Assembly (NCBI GenBank): GCA_951406725.2
Contig: OX597840.1
Span: forward strand, 16,182,001-16,246,000
From: Octopus vulgaris
Lineage: Eukaryota
DNA length: 64,000 nt
Direction of reading: 5' to 3'
In this document: piece after piece, positions 62,501 through 64,000 of the stretch
Layout of the letters: every line of letters starts with the position of its first letter
How positions within the stretch are numbered: position 1 is the first letter of the stretch
The notes under the pieces: model-generated
What the model saw: the letters and a program-made list of their open reading frames with translations, nothing else
Database searches by the model: none
Told to the model about the DNA's origin: nothing
Made by a program: the position numbers and the translations under genes

Positions 62501-64000
62501 AAGCCGACATTACTAGACAAATGGAACACCTGCACCTCCATTACAACGATCTCTACCACATTGAATATACACTGAAAGACATGAGTGGTGCTGAAGTGAC
62601 AAGTCTTGGTTTAGAACCTGCAGTCATATTTGAACCTGGATTAGGCAAGTTAAAGCTTACATTTAATTACATTCAATAATAATTCCATCGCCGCATTAAA
62701 ATTGAATCCATTTTTATCTTCTCAATTTTACAAATTCCTTTGAAAAATTAAACCCGAAATTACTTTCATTCCATAATTACATAACCGAATATTTAATGTC
62801 ATATTAGCCACACTCCTCCCTACACACAGAATGGTTCATAATTCAATTGGTCTGAAAATATTTTAGATGGCTCTACAAACACTATCGTCGAAGCTTTGAT
62901 TAAATGACATTTCTGTATTTTTACTTTCTTTTCGTTTTTCGTTTTTCGTAGGTCATTATGGCGAAGACCGTGCCTGGATCGAACCTGTGACGAGTGCTAA
63001 TCGAATCAGGAAGAATTTGGAAGATTTGGATGTCGGTGAAATTGAATCTCTGAGAAATGCTTTCAAACAGATCAAGATGGATGGTACATATGAAAGAATA
63101 GCAGCTTTCCACGGACTTCCTGCTAAATGTCCGAACGAAGACGGTAGCAAAGTGTACACGTGTTGTTTGCACGGTATGCCCAACTTCCTTCATTGGCATC
63201 GTTTATATACGGTGTCTGTTGAGCATGAACTGTTGGCTAGAGGTTCTTCAGTTGCCGTTCCGTACTGGGATTGGCTGAAGTCTTTCGACGAATTACCGAA
63301 ACTTATCAACGAAGCTACGTTCTATAATTCACGCACTCTTCACATTGAGTCCAATCCTTTCTTCAATGGAAAGATATCATTTGAAAACACAGAAACTGAC
63401 CGTGACCCTCAACCGAATCTCTTCGGAAACAGCTATTTTTATGAACATGCACTGTTCGCCTTTGAACAAACAGACTTTTGTGAATTTGCCACTCACTTAG
63501 AAGTCCTTCATAACAGTCTCCACTCTTGGCTTGGTGGTCGAGATCCTCATTCCATGTCGTCACTTGATTATGCAGCCTACGACCCCGCTTTCTTCCTTCA
63601 TCATAGCAACATGGATCGTCTCTGGGCCATTTGGCAGGAACTGCAACGCTACCGTAAATTACCCTATAACAGTGCCAACTGTGCTCTTGGACTGCTCAAC
63701 CAACCAATGCGTCCTTTCAGCAACAAAACTGCAAACTCCAATCTTTTGACCTTCACTCATAGCAGAGCAAACGATGTGTTCGACTATCAGAATGTGCTTC
63801 ATTACAAATACGACTCACTCGCTTTCAACGGTCTCACTGTTATTCAACTGGAAAATCTCTTGCAACACAACAGACACCAACAAGATCGTGTTTTTGCAGC
63901 ATTCTTGTTGCACGGGGTGAAAGCTTCTGCCGATGTTAGAATTTACATATGTGCTCCGACTGGCCGGAACCAAGAGAACTGTGCCAACTACGCCGGAGTG
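54532..64000 (+). CDS. Hemocyanin copy 2 (inverted duplicate), 5' part, truncated by the window end in FU-d; join of 54532-54582, 54719-54749, 56476-57708, 58843-59305, 59946-60727, 61403-62644, 62952->64000
   Basis: Exon lengths (51, 31, 1233, 463, 782, 1242) and translations match copy 1. Confidence 0.93.
56476..57708 (+). CDS. Hemocyanin copy 2 FU-a exon
   Basis: Translation identical to 23203-24435. Confidence 0.93.
58843..59305 (+). CDS. Hemocyanin copy 2 FU-b exon 1
   Basis: Translation identical to 21605-22067. Confidence 0.92.
59946..60727 (+). CDS. Hemocyanin copy 2 FU-b exon 2
   Basis: Translation identical to 20185-20966. Confidence 0.92.
61403..62644 (+). CDS. Hemocyanin copy 2 FU-c exon
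   Basis: Identical protein; one synonymous difference (His CAC at 61641 vs CAT at 19248); GC donor at 62645. Confidence 0.92.
62952..64000 (+). CDS. Hemocyanin copy 2 FU-d exon (partial)
   Basis: Reverse complement of 16889-17937. Confidence 0.92.

Larger units (their letters stand above)
54349..64000 (+). repeat. Right arm of large inverted duplication; left arm 16889-26544
   Basis: Exons and introns are reverse complements; identity stops sharply at 26544/54349. Confidence 0.97.

Overview
AT-rich, microsatellite-dense eukaryotic DNA, almost certainly octopus (7-unit hemocyanin, cephalopod-type SINEs). It contains one complete molluscan hemocyanin gene on the minus strand (ATG 26361 to TGA 10368; 13 coding exons, 8772 nt, 2923 aa; two-exon signal peptide plus functional units FU-a to FU-g, all copper histidines intact). 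A near-identical inverted second copy starts at 54349 on the plus strand and runs off the window in FU-d. The ~28 kb spacer between the copies holds L1/Tx1 remnants, a nest of R4/Dong-type retrotransposon fragments in (AAT)n arrays, a second nested inverted duplication, a 100-N gap and a 5 kb (CAT)n array. The first 8 kb contain CR1/L2-like and RTE LINEs and several hammerhead-ribozyme-bearing Penelope/retrozyme-like elements in (TA)n tracts. One of these is a direct-repeat element whose hammerhead core segments are in a non-circularly permuted order. All coordinates and base pairings were read by eye.
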